NCBI GenBank assembly: GCA_945905715.1
Contig: CAMDPW010000001.1
Location: 17,221-81,220, forward strand
Direction of reading: 5' to 3'
From: Rickettsia typhi
GTDB lineage: Bacteria; Pseudomonadota; Alphaproteobacteria; Rickettsiales; JABSSG01
DNA: 64,000 nt
Part shown: positions 1 through 9,614 of the stretch, piece by piece
How the letters are laid out: every line of letters begins with the position of its first letter
Position numbering within the stretch: the first letter of the stretch is position 1
Position numbers and translations under genes: made by a program
The notes under the pieces: model-generated
Told to the model about the DNA's origin: nothing
The model's input: the letters and a program-made list of their open reading frames with translations, nothing else
The model's database searches: none

Positions 1-1049
1 TCAATTTTAGCCAATCTTTCCACAGCTGCTTCACTTGGTAAGAACATGATACTAGTAATATGTTTAATTTTTTGGTCTTTCAAATGATTGCGTAAAGCTT
101 CCTTATAATCCTTGCTTGTAAGGACTTTAAGGTGACTGCGCATGGTTACTTTTAATTGAGCAAGCAAAGTTTGCTCCATTATCTTTTCATTAGTTTGGGC
201 AAGTTCAGTAAAGAATTTAGATGCTTTGCTATCAATAATAAGGATATTATTTCCTGGTAAAAACACTACTGCATCTGGTCTTAACTTAGTATTTTCTTCT
301 CCAGTATTTAAAGAATACTGCGTAATAAAATCTCGTCCTGATGTAAGTCCAGATGCTTTTAAAATATTTTCTAAAGTAATTTCTGCTAGGTTACCAGCAC
401 CAGAGGGTGTTAATAATGAATTTTTTACAGTTTCTACTATTTGTTTAGAAGATTTTAATTCGCTATCTAGAATAGCAACAGAGTTGATTATTTTTTCAAA
501 TTGAACTTGTAACGTTGATGTAGTTTGTGCAATTTTAGCTTGTGATTCTTTAGTTTCAGTTTTATGTTGCTCAAGCAATTGACGAGTTAGTTTGCTGCCA
601 GCTTCAAAAATAGCTGCTTTCGCATGATTAATTGCTTCAAGACGCGCAGCTTCCCAATCTGTCATGCGTTTTTCTAGCTCTTGCATTGCCTGAACTTTTA
701 ATTCCAAAGCTTTTTTATAATGAAAGATTTCTTGCTGTAATTCTTGTTGAGCAATCTTTAAAACTGCTAATTCTTGTTCTAGTATCATTCCTCTATCTGT
801 CAAACTATCAATCTGGGCATGATATCTGCCATTATTCTCAATGTATTCTTCCAGTTTTAATTGTGTTGTTGATTTCTTTTCAAATAAGTCATGAAGTTGA
901 TTATTTAGCTCTGTACGCATTAACTCAGCATGAGTAATTGTTTGACCCATACTAGCAATTTCAACTTTTCTATTATTAAGCTTAATATAAAGTAGAATAC
1001 ATAGTAGCCCAAGAATAATAGACAAGGAGAAAAAAATGATCATAACCAT
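1..1049 (-). CDS. rmuC: DNA recombination protein RmuC (N-terminal ~349 codons; C-terminus runs off the window start)
   Basis: It is absent from the ORF track because it is open at the window edge. Reverse translation from the ATG at 1049 gives MVMIIFFSLSIILGLLCILLYIKLNN (a TM anchor) followed by a long coiled coil. It then reads LLTPSGAGNLAEITLENILKASGL...RPDAVVFLPGNNILIIDSKAS, the RmuC nuclease-domain pattern. Confidence 0.8.
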   Translation of the reverse strand, partial: MVMIIFFSLSIILGLLCILLYIKLNNRKVEIASMGQTITHAELMRTELNNQLHDLFEKKSTTQLKLEEYIENNGRYHAQIDSLTDRGMILEQELAVLKIAQQELQQEIFHYKKALELKVQAMQELEKRMTDWEAARLEAINHAKAAIFEAGSKLTRQLLEQHKTETKESQAKIAQTTSTLQVQFEKIINSVAILDSELKSSKQIVETVKNSLLTPSGAGNLAEITLENILKASGLTSGRDFITQYSLNTGEENTKLRPDAVVFLPGNNILIIDSKASKFFTELAQTNEKIMEQTLLAQLKVTMRSHLKVLTSKDYKEALRNHLKDQKIKHITSIMFLPSEAAVERLAKI

Positions 1050-1124
1050 GTTAAAATAAAATAGTGCTAGTAAATAGTACTACAGATGCTATAAATATTA
1101 TATCAAAATTTAATAGCGATATCG

Positions 1125-2489
1125 ATGAATTTATCAGTAATTATTCTTGCTGCTGGAAAAGGGACGCGTATGCGTTCAAGTCTACCTAAAGTGATGCACA
1201 AGGTTGCCAATAAGCCAATCATTGGTCATATTCTTTCTAATATCAAGTCATTAGAGTGTAAAGAAGTGATGATAGTGATCGGAGCAGGAATGAATAGTAT
1301 AGAGGATTATGTAAAGTTAGAATTAAGTAGTGCTAAATGTGTTATCCAACAAGATCAACAAGGTACAGCAAGCGCAGTTAAAATCGCTCTGTACAAGCTG
1401 AATAACAAGAGTAATGATGTCTTAGTGCTTTATGGCGATCATCCGTTCATTACCAGCGCTACTATTAAGAAAATGCATTTATGCTTAGTTAGTAATCCAA
1501 AAACAGCCTTAGTTTTGATTAGTTTTTTTGCAACTGACCAGGCGCAATATGGTCGCATCATTACATCAAATAAAGGAGAATTAGAGAGTATTGTAGAGTA
1601 TATGGATTGCAATGATCTACAAAAAGAAATAAATCTTTGTAACTCAGGCGTAATGTTAGTACGAGGAAGCTTAATCGATCAGCTTATATTGCAAATTTCT
1701 AACCATAATGCTAAAGGTGAGTATTATTTAACTGATCTGGTTGCATTAGCAATCAATGCCGGTTGGCGATGTCAGCATATTACTATAAATGAATCTGAGG
1801 TCATAGGGGTTAATACTAGAGCGGATTTAGCGGTCGCTGAAAATATCATGCAACATTATCTACGTCAGCATGCTTTATCATCAGGTGTAACTTTAGTTGA
1901 TCCGAGTACAGTGTTTTTTTCGTCAGATACAATTATTCACCAAGATGTTACTGTTTATCCTTATGTTGTCTTTGGGGATGGAGTTGAGATTAAAAGTGGG
2001 GCAGAAATTAGATCGTATACTCACATTGAAGGAGCGACTATTGGGCGTGATGTAAAAATTGGACCATTTGCTCGCATACGTCCTGGTACAGAGATTGATA
2101 CGAAAGCAGTAATTGGTAATTTTGTAGAAATAAAAAATGGTAAAATCGGTATCAACACTAAAATCAGTCATCTTTCGTATATAGGAGATGCTAAAGTTGG
2201 AGAGGGAGTAAATATTGGTGCTGGTACAATTACTTGCAATTATGACGGGGTAACTAAACATTATACAGAAATAGAAGCAGATGTCTTTATTGGTTCTAAT
2301 AGCTCCTTAGTGGCGCCAGTTAAAATCGGTGCGCGCTCAATAGTAGCGGCAGGAAGTGTTATTACGAAGGATGTTGAAGTTGGTGCATTAGCAGTAGCTA
2401 GAGGCAAGCAACAAAATATTCAAGATAAAGCGGAAACGATTCGTACGCATAAAAAAAGTAAAATTTCTAATATTAAATCTTCAATATAA
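1125..2489 (+). CDS. glmU: Bifunctional UDP-N-acetylglucosamine pyrophosphorylase / glucosamine-1-phosphate N-acetyltransferase
   Basis: It carries the N-terminal nucleotidyltransferase motif IILAAGKGTRMRSSLPKVMH. The C-terminal half consists of hexapeptide (left-handed beta-helix) repeats. Confidence 0.95.
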   Translation: MNLSVIILAAGKGTRMRSSLPKVMHKVANKPIIGHILSNIKSLECKEVMIVIGAGMNSIEDYVKLELSSAKCVIQQDQQGTASAVKIALYKLNNKSNDVLVLYGDHPFITSATIKKMHLCLVSNPKTALVLISFFATDQAQYGRIITSNKGELESIVEYMDCNDLQKEINLCNSGVMLVRGSLIDQLILQISNHNAKGEYYLTDLVALAINAGWRCQHITINESEVIGVNTRADLAVAENIMQHYLRQHALSSGVTLVDPSTVFFSSDTIIHQDVTVYPYVVFGDGVEIKSGAEIRSYTHIEGATIGRDVKIGPFARIRPGTEIDTKAVIGNFVEIKNGKIGINTKISHLSYIGDAKVGEGVNIGAGTITCNYDGVTKHYTEIEADVFIGSNSSLVAPVKIGARSIVAAGSVITKDVEVGALAVARGKQQNIQDKAETIRTHKKSKISNIKSSI

Positions 2490-2490
2490 A

Positions 2491-5238
2491 ATGATAGATA
2501 CAGTCAATAGGTTAATTGTTGTGGATGGTTATAGCATAGTTTTTCGTGCATATCACTCAATGCCTGCTTTGTCAAGGTCAGATGGACTACCTGTTGGTGC
2601 TGTCTATGGATTTGTATCAATGATGTTAAGGTTGCTCTCAGAAATAAAAGCTAGCCATATAGTAATGGTTTTTGATACTGGAGGAAAAAATTATCGTCAT
2701 CACATTTATCCGCAATACAAAGCTCATCGACCTCCGGTACCAGAAGATTTAATTCCTCAGTTTCCTCTCATGCGTGAAGCTGCGCGAGCTCTGAACATTC
2801 ATATCTTAGAACAAGAAGGATATGAGGCAGATGATATCATCGCTACTTTGGCTGATAGAGCTTTAGCAAATCAAGAAGAAGTGCTGATAATATCTAGCGA
2901 TAAAGATTTGATGCAACTGGTAAATGGTCACATTCAAATGTATGATGCTGTCAGAGCTAAAATAGTTGGCTCTAGTGAGGTTAAGGAAAAATTTGGAGTG
3001 ATGCCAGATAAAATATTAGATTTATTGGCAATGGTGGGAGATGCCGCAGACAACATTCCTGGAATACCTGGTATTGGTTATAAAACTGCAGCTTTACTCT
3101 TAAATGAATACGGAACACTGGATAATATTTTAGCTAATGTAGCTAGTATAAAACAGGAAAAGCGTCGACAATCTATTGATCAAAGTCGCGATATTGTAAA
3201 GCTTTCCAAACAACTGATCGCTTTAACAAAGAACGTTCCTCTTGTTGTTACACTAGACGATCTTAAGGCACAAGAACTGAATCCGAGCAAGCTTCTGTCT
3301 TTTCTTGAAGAGCAAAATTTTAGAAGCTTGATAGCTAGGATCAAGAAGAATTTTTTAATAGCATCACAGGAACAGCCAGTGGTACGTAAAAGCTCAATTG
3401 GTGTGATATTGGTTAATGATAAATCTACATTATCTAATGTTGTAGCTATTGCTACAAAAGAAGGAAAAATAGCTTTTTACTTTCAAGTAAATTTTACTAA
3501 TCACGAGGAAATAAAGACTAAACAGGATATTGCAGGAATAGGCGTAGTCATTAATGAGAATAATAATTTTTATATACCAATTGCAAATGATACAACACAA
3601 GAATCTATCTTGTTATTTGCTGTAAACGAGCAAGTGAATTATATAACTTTTGCTGATTTTATTCAGGTATTCAAGGATTTATTTGCAGATTCTTCAATAT
3701 TAAAAATAGTATATGATCAAAAAAAAATACTACATCTTATAACTGACGTGATTTTGCCGCATGTAGTTGCTGCTGAAGACGTGATGATCATGTCATATTC
3801 TCTCGGGTGTGCTCGGGTAAATAGCGAATTTAAGTATTTAATTAACCATTACTTACAACAAAAAGATATATTAGCAGACATAGGTGGTATTACTAAATCA
3901 CGCGCTGCTCTTAGTAGCTTAGATATATACGCTGTGGCTAGTTATGTAGCAAAGAAAGCATCATGGCTAATGCAATTATATACTATTATTAAGGAGCAGT
4001 TAGTTGCAGAGAGGATGCTCTCTATTTATGAAAAAATTGATCGTCCATTATCAAGTATTGTTTATGACATGGAAGCTTACGGTATAAAAATTAATCCATC
4101 AATCTTAAGCGAGCTATCAAAAGAGTTTGATAAGAAAATTAAATCTTTAGCAATAAAGATCTTTAAGGTTACTGGTTGCGAATTTAACATTGCCTCTCCT
4201 AAACAACTTGCCGAAGTTTTATTCAACAAAATGGGCATTGATACCGCTAAGAAGTCTAAAACAGGCGCTTTTAGTACGAGTCTTGAAGTATTGGAAGCAT
4301 TGCAAGCTCATGGTCACGTTATTGCTGATTTGTTAATAGAGTGGCGTCGATTCTATAAATTAAAAAACACTTACACCGATACTTTAGTGAAGCAAATAAA
4401 TTCAAAAACTGGTAGAATTCATACAAATTTTTCTTTAACTACTACCGCTACAGGTAGATTTAGTTCTAATGATCCAAATTTACAAAATATTCCAATAAGA
4501 TCTACATGGGGCAATAACATTCGTTCAGCTTTTGTGGCTGAATCAGGCTATAAAATTTTATCGGTTGATTATTCGCAAATAGAATTACGCTTGCTTGCTC
4601 ATATTGCTAATATTGACACTTTGAAAAAAGCCTTTGCAGAGAGCAGAGATATTCATGCAACTACAGCTAGTGAAATTTTCAATATAAATATCGACCAAGT
4701 AGATAATCATTTGCGACGTAGAGCCAAAACAATTAACTTTGGTATTATTTACGGTATCAGTGCTTTTGGTTTAGCTAAGAATTTAGGGATTTCTAAAGTA
4801 GAAGCAAGTGAGTATATAAAGCGTTATTTTAAAAAATATCCTGGCATTGTTGAGTATATGGAAAAAACCAAAATTTTTGCTAAAACCCATGGCTATGTAA
4901 AGACAATTACGGGTAGAAGATGTTATATTATGCACATTGATAGTAGCAACGTTAATTTACGTGCATTCGCTGAAAGAGCAGCAATTAACGCTCCTCTTCA
5001 AGGTAGTACAGCTGATATTATTAAAAAGGCAATGATCAAAATAGATCGTGAATTAAAGATATCAAAATTAGATGCGAGAATGTTATTGCAAGTACATGAT
5101 GAACTGATTTTTGAAGTTCAAGACAAGCAAGTCAAGCAAAGTTTACAGATAATTCAGCAATTAATGGAGAATGTAATAAAGCTAGATGTGTCGTTAATCG
5201 TTGATCATCATGTGGGTGATAGCTGGGTACGGCATTAG
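2491..5238 (+). CDS. polA: DNA polymerase I (3'-5' exonuclease motifs appear degenerate, see findings)
   Basis: It has a 5'-nuclease domain (VVDGYSIVFRAYH). It also has the family-A motifs DYSQIELRLLAH, RRRAKTINFGIIYG and QVHDELIFE. Confidence 0.95.
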   Translation: MIDTVNRLIVVDGYSIVFRAYHSMPALSRSDGLPVGAVYGFVSMMLRLLSEIKASHIVMVFDTGGKNYRHHIYPQYKAHRPPVPEDLIPQFPLMREAARALNIHILEQEGYEADDIIATLADRALANQEEVLIISSDKDLMQLVNGHIQMYDAVRAKIVGSSEVKEKFGVMPDKILDLLAMVGDAADNIPGIPGIGYKTAALLLNEYGTLDNILANVASIKQEKRRQSIDQSRDIVKLSKQLIALTKNVPLVVTLDDLKAQELNPSKLLSFLEEQNFRSLIARIKKNFLIASQEQPVVRKSSIGVILVNDKSTLSNVVAIATKEGKIAFYFQVNFTNHEEIKTKQDIAGIGVVINENNNFYIPIANDTTQESILLFAVNEQVNYITFADFIQVFKDLFADSSILKIVYDQKKILHLITDVILPHVVAAEDVMIMSYSLGCARVNSEFKYLINHYLQQKDILADIGGITKSRAALSSLDIYAVASYVAKKASWLMQLYTIIKEQLVAERMLSIYEKIDRPLSSIVYDMEAYGIKINPSILSELSKEFDKKIKSLAIKIFKVTGCEFNIASPKQLAEVLFNKMGIDTAKKSKTGAFSTSLEVLEALQAHGHVIADLLIEWRRFYKLKNTYTDTLVKQINSKTGRIHTNFSLTTTATGRFSSNDPNLQNIPIRSTWGNNIRSAFVAESGYKILSVDYSQIELRLLAHIANIDTLKKAFAESRDIHATTASEIFNINIDQVDNHLRRRAKTINFGIIYGISAFGLAKNLGISKVEASEYIKRYFKKYPGIVEYMEKTKIFAKTHGYVKTITGRRCYIMHIDSSNVNLRAFAERAAINAPLQGSTADIIKKAMIKIDRELKISKLDARMLLQVHDELIFEVQDKQVKQSLQIIQQLMENVIKLDVSLIVDHHVGDSWVRH

Positions 5239-5329
5239 AACGCAAACTACTAGATCTCATTGTAATTAATGTATATATTTATCAATTTTATGTCTATATT
5301 AGTAGAAAAATAAGCTATGTTAACAATTT

Positions 5330-6736
5330 ATGTCTTTTGAATTAAATGCCTTGATTATTTCTGGCAAAGAAGTGCTTCCTATAATTGAAGGTGGTAAAGG
5401 TATAGGTATATCAAGCGGAAAATCTTCTGGAGCTTTTGCTGCAGCTAGCGCAGTTGGTACTTTTTCCGGAGTTAATGCTGATAGTTATGATGAAAAAGGA
5501 CAAGCAAAGGAAATACTCTATCATGGTAAAACTAGACGTGACAGGCATGAAGAACTGATTGCTATGGGCATAGAAGGTGGTATCGCTCAAGCTAAAATTG
5601 CTCATGATATATCTGGTGATAAAGGTCCAATTCATGTGAATGTACTTTGGGAAATGGGGGGGGCACAAAGAATTTTAGAAGGAATTTTAGAGGGTTCAAA
5701 AGGGTTAATACATGGCGTAACATGCGGCGCTGGTATGCCATATCGTTTAGGAGAAATTGCTGCGAAATACCAAGTTTATTATTATCCTATAGTTTCTTCA
5801 ATGAGGGCTTTTCGTGCATTATGGAAAAGAGCCTATCATAGTCTTGCGTTATGGTTAGGCGGAGTGGTTTACGAAGATCCATGGTTAGCTGGAGGGCATA
5901 ATGGTCTATCTAATAGTGAGGATTATAAGCAACCACAAGATCCGTATCCACGAGTAGTGGAGCTGCGTAAATTTATGAATGAAGTTGGTTTACAACAAGT
6001 GCCAGTGATAATGGCAGGTGGAGTTTGGCACTTAAAAGATTGGCAGCATTGGCTTAATACTCCAGAGATTGGTCCTGTAGCTTTTCAATTTGGCACACGT
6101 CCTATTTTAACCCAAGAAAGTCCAGTACCAGATTCATGGAAGAAAAGATTATTAGACTTAAAAGAAGGCGATATTTCTCTACAAAGATTTAGTCCAACAG
6201 GCTTTTATTCTTCAGCAGTAAACAATCAATTTCTTTTAGAATTAGAGCAGCGCAGTCATAGACAGATTAAGTACTCTTCAGTGCCTGTAGAAATTGATAA
6301 TTTAGTTCAGACATTGTTAGTAGGACCGAGAGGACGTCCAGTTTATATTGCCACAGATGACTTGATTAAAGTTGATTTTTGGAAAAAACAAGGCTTTATT
6401 GAAGTAATGAAAACTCCTGATTCAACCTTGATTTTTGTCACTCCAGAAAAAGCGCAACAAATTCACAAAGATCAGGTTGATTGCATGGGTTGTCTAAGCG
6501 CTTGTTTGTTTAGTAACTGGCAAGATCATGACGGGTATAACACAGGAAAAAAATCAGACCCAAGGAGTTTTTGTATTCAAAAATCTTTACAGTCAGTTAT
6601 TCACCAAGGAGACATTGAAAATGAATTAATGTTTTCAGGACACAATGCTTATAAGTTTGCTCAGGACCAGTTTTATGCTAATGGTTTTATTCCAACAGTA
6701 AAGCAATTAGTTGAGCGAATTGCAACTGGTTGTTAG
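5330..6736 (+). CDS. Nitronate monooxygenase / 2-nitropropane dioxygenase-family flavoprotein (long form)
   Basis: Glycine-rich TIM-barrel/FMN-type motifs are present: IIEGGKGIGIS, CGAGMPY and MAGGVW. The family assignment is from recall only. Confidence 0.55.
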   Translation: MSFELNALIISGKEVLPIIEGGKGIGISSGKSSGAFAAASAVGTFSGVNADSYDEKGQAKEILYHGKTRRDRHEELIAMGIEGGIAQAKIAHDISGDKGPIHVNVLWEMGGAQRILEGILEGSKGLIHGVTCGAGMPYRLGEIAAKYQVYYYPIVSSMRAFRALWKRAYHSLALWLGGVVYEDPWLAGGHNGLSNSEDYKQPQDPYPRVVELRKFMNEVGLQQVPVIMAGGVWHLKDWQHWLNTPEIGPVAFQFGTRPILTQESPVPDSWKKRLLDLKEGDISLQRFSPTGFYSSAVNNQFLLELEQRSHRQIKYSSVPVEIDNLVQTLLVGPRGRPVYIATDDLIKVDFWKKQGFIEVMKTPDSTLIFVTPEKAQQIHKDQVDCMGCLSACLFSNWQDHDGYNTGKKSDPRSFCIQKSLQSVIHQGDIENELMFSGHNAYKFAQDQFYANGFIPTVKQLVERIATGC

Positions 6737-6738
6737 AT

Positions 6739-7974
6739 ATGAGTTCAGTAATCACCCAACAATTTCATTTGTATAATACTATCTCTGATTCAGAGTACGA
6801 GTCTATAGATAGAGCGAGATCAGAACTTTTTGCAGACATAAACGATCGACATCCACTTTATTTATCGAATGAAACAGATGATGATTTAATAAAAATTAAA
6901 AATGTTGCAAACAGAATTAAAAATGATTTTTCTAACTTGGTAATCATCGGTACAGGCGCTTCAAACACTATACCTAGCAGCATTGCCTCCTTAAGCAACA
7001 AGCAATTAGTTAATATTTATTATTTAGATAATGCCGATCAAACTAGTGTAGACAAGTTATTGGCTAAATTAGACCCTAAAAACACAGCTTTTTTAGCTAT
7101 TAGTAAGTCCGGAGAAACCATAGAAGTGTTGGCATTAACATTGCTATGCATCAAATGGATAAGTTTGCATCTAGGCTCTACTACATTAGTCACACATTTT
7201 TTTGTTATAACTGACTATTCTCAAAATAGTTTACGAAGAATAGGTCAATCCTTAAAAGTTACTATACTTACTCATCCTCAAGCAATTGGAGGTAGGTACG
7301 CAGTATTTAGTTGTGTTGGATTATTGGTTGCTGCAATAGTTGGCTTTAATATTGATAACATCATTAAATGCGCAAAAGAAGCTTTTACAAATCAAATTAA
7401 GCCTAATTCTTCAGTATGCGAAGGTGCGAGTTATCTTTTATCAATGTCAAAACATTATGTTAATTCTGTTTTTATGATTTATGGAGATCAGTTTAATGGT
7501 ATAAGTAGTTGGTACAGGCAATTAGTTGCTGAAAGTTTAGGAAAAGAATCTCATGGAATTAACCCAATAATTGCAGCTGGCTTAATAGATCAACACAGTC
7601 AATTACAACTTTATTTAGATGGGCCGAATGATAAGTTTTTTACATTTCTAACTAAGGTTATTCAAGATAAAAATAAAATTCATATTAATAACAAAATAGT
7701 TGACGTGGACCTAAGTTTTCTTAAGAAATGCTCTCTTGGTGATATTATGAATGCACAGTTTGTAAACATAAAAGATCTATTATTGCATCATAAAAAAAAT
7801 ATTAGAATTATCAGTACAAATAATTTACAGGAAGAGTTTATAGCAGAGTTTATGATGGGGCAAATGCTTGAAATCATTCTGTTCGCTTTTGTTAAAAACA
7901 TTAACCCGTTCAATCAACCAGCTGTGGAAAAAATCAAAGACAATATAAAAGTCATTTTAAACGAAAGACGTTAA
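6739..7974 (+). CDS. pgi: Glucose-6-phosphate isomerase (short bacterial type)
   Basis: The SIS/PGI motifs ISKSGETIE, IGGRYAVFS and AESLGKE are present. The ORF opens at TTG 6730, but the first ATG at 6739 is the more likely start. Confidence 0.85.
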   Translation: MSSVITQQFHLYNTISDSEYESIDRARSELFADINDRHPLYLSNETDDDLIKIKNVANRIKNDFSNLVIIGTGASNTIPSSIASLSNKQLVNIYYLDNADQTSVDKLLAKLDPKNTAFLAISKSGETIEVLALTLLCIKWISLHLGSTTLVTHFFVITDYSQNSLRRIGQSLKVTILTHPQAIGGRYAVFSCVGLLVAAIVGFNIDNIIKCAKEAFTNQIKPNSSVCEGASYLLSMSKHYVNSVFMIYGDQFNGISSWYRQLVAESLGKESHGINPIIAAGLIDQHSQLQLYLDGPNDKFFTFLTKVIQDKNKIHINNKIVDVDLSFLKKCSLGDIMNAQFVNIKDLLLHHKKNIRIISTNNLQEEFIAEFMMGQMLEIILFAFVKNINPFNQPAVEKIKDNIKVILNERR

Positions 7975-7978
7975 AAAT

Positions 7979-8839
7979 ATGGAAACGAAGTCTTTGAATT
8001 ATTTTATCGGTATTCTGTGGTTTGTAGTAAGTTTGTTTGTTAGCAGCATAAACGATGTTTTAACTAAGCATTTAGGCAACTCAATTGGTCCATATCAAGT
8101 TGTATTTTTGCGATACTTATTCGGAATAATAACATTACTACCATTTATGCTCTTTCATGGCAAGCAGAGCTTTGTTACTTCCAGACCAATGGTTCATATT
8201 ACAAGAGGAGTATTATTGTTTGGGGGTATAACTTTATGGTGTCATGCCCTAAATGTAGTAATTGTAACTGTTGCTACGGTGATCAATTTTACAATACCAT
8301 TATTTGTTCTAATTTTAGCGCGTCTTTTTCTAGGAGAAAATGTCACTATCAGTAGATGGGTTGCAACTATTGTAGGTCTTTTAGGCGTTATCATCATCAT
8401 CAATCCTGTGTCGCCAAATTTTAATAGCATGTCTGCACTTCTAGTTGTGGGGTCTATAATGTTTGCCTGCTTGGATATAATTAACAAAAAATACGTTATT
8501 AAAGAATCTATGTTTAGTATGCTATTTTTTTCTAACCTGGTGACCTTAATATTGAGCGCGATACCAGCATTTTCCGAATGGATAACGCCATCAATTAATA
8601 ATTTGCTATTGCTATTGTTACTTGGCGGAGGCGCAAATCTCATTTTATACTTCTTATTAAAATCTTTTGCGTTAGTAGAAGCCTCAGCTGTAGCTCCTTA
8701 TCGTTATATAGAATTATTGATTTCTGCGAGTTTAGGTTATATCATTTTTAATGAGACTCCTACAATGTCTACTATAATAGGCGCGCTAATCATTATGCCT
8801 TGTACCTTATTTGTGATTTACAATGAGATCAAAAAATAA
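7979..8839 (+). CDS. EamA/DMT-superfamily transporter
   Basis: It has about 10 hydrophobic segments arranged as two EamA-like halves. The substrate is unknown; the Rickettsia S-adenosylmethionine carrier belongs to this family, but that identity is not asserted here. Confidence 0.8.
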   Translation: METKSLNYFIGILWFVVSLFVSSINDVLTKHLGNSIGPYQVVFLRYLFGIITLLPFMLFHGKQSFVTSRPMVHITRGVLLFGGITLWCHALNVVIVTVATVINFTIPLFVLILARLFLGENVTISRWVATIVGLLGVIIIINPVSPNFNSMSALLVVGSIMFACLDIINKKYVIKESMFSMLFFSNLVTLILSAIPAFSEWITPSINNLLLLLLLGGGANLILYFLLKSFALVEASAVAPYRYIELLISASLGYIIFNETPTMSTIIGALIIMPCTLFVIYNEIKK

Positions 8840-9614
8840 TTCAAAGTTAGCACAAAATGACAATCATGATCCAGAGTCTTTTTTTGGTTTTAAACAAGTG
8901 TCTTTTAAGCAAAAATACTCTTTAGTGCAGAATGTTTTTTCTTCTGTTGCGAGTAAGTATGATGTGATGAATAATCTCATGAGTTTAGGCGTCCATTATT
9001 TATGGAAGAAAGAGATGTTAAAGCTTCTTCCTAATTTTGGCTCGTTGCTTGATGTTGCTGGAGGCACTGGTGATATTGCAAGATTATACTACCTCAAAGC
9101 TCAGCAGCAAAATATTGAGCCTGATGTAGTAATTTACGATTTTAATCTAGCAATGTTAAAAGCTTGCAGAGCAAATCTTATTGATAGTAATATTATTTCA
9201 GGAATTAGTTTGATATGCGGCGATGCTCTTGCGTTACCATTTTCTGAGAATAGTTTTGATTATTACACTATAGCTTTTGGTATTAGAAATGTAGTTGATA
9301 TTAAGCAAGTTTTGTCTGAGGCTTTAAGGGTATTAAAACCTGGAGGTAAATTCGTGTGTTTAGAATTTTCTAAAGTGCATAATGATTTATTATCTAGAGT
9401 TTATGACATATATTCTTTTAGTGTGATACCTACTATAGGTGCATATGTTGCGAATGATAGAGAATCTTATCAGTATTTGGTAGAGAGCATCAAAAAATTT
9501 CCTAACCAAAAGGATTTTTTGCAACTAATTGAACAAGCTGGGTTTATAAACAGTGGATATAAAAATTTAACTTTTGGTGTAACAGCATTGCATCATGGAT
9601 ATAAGGCGGAATAA
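8823..9614 (+). CDS. ubiE: Ubiquinone/menaquinone biosynthesis C-methyltransferase UbiE
   Basis: It carries YDVMNNLMSLGVHYLWKK and the SAM-binding motif LDVAGGTGD. A TAATG overlap couples it to ubiB. Confidence 0.9.
   Translation: MRSKNNSKLAQNDNHDPESFFGFKQVSFKQKYSLVQNVFSSVASKYDVMNNLMSLGVHYLWKKEMLKLLPNFGSLLDVAGGTGDIARLYYLKAQQQNIEPDVVIYDFNLAMLKACRANLIDSNIISGISLICGDALALPFSENSFDYYTIAFGIRNVVDIKQVLSEALRVLKPGGKFVCLEFSKVHNDLLSRVYDIYSFSVIPTIGAYVANDRESYQYLVESIKKFPNQKDFLQLIEQAGFINSGYKNLTFGVTALHHGYKAE

Noticed and set aside
226-937. Plus-strand ORFs 226-504 and 632-937 from the track.
   Set aside because: Both lie antisense within the much longer minus-strand rmuC frame, which has clear family motifs. 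Their translations are low-complexity with no motifs.
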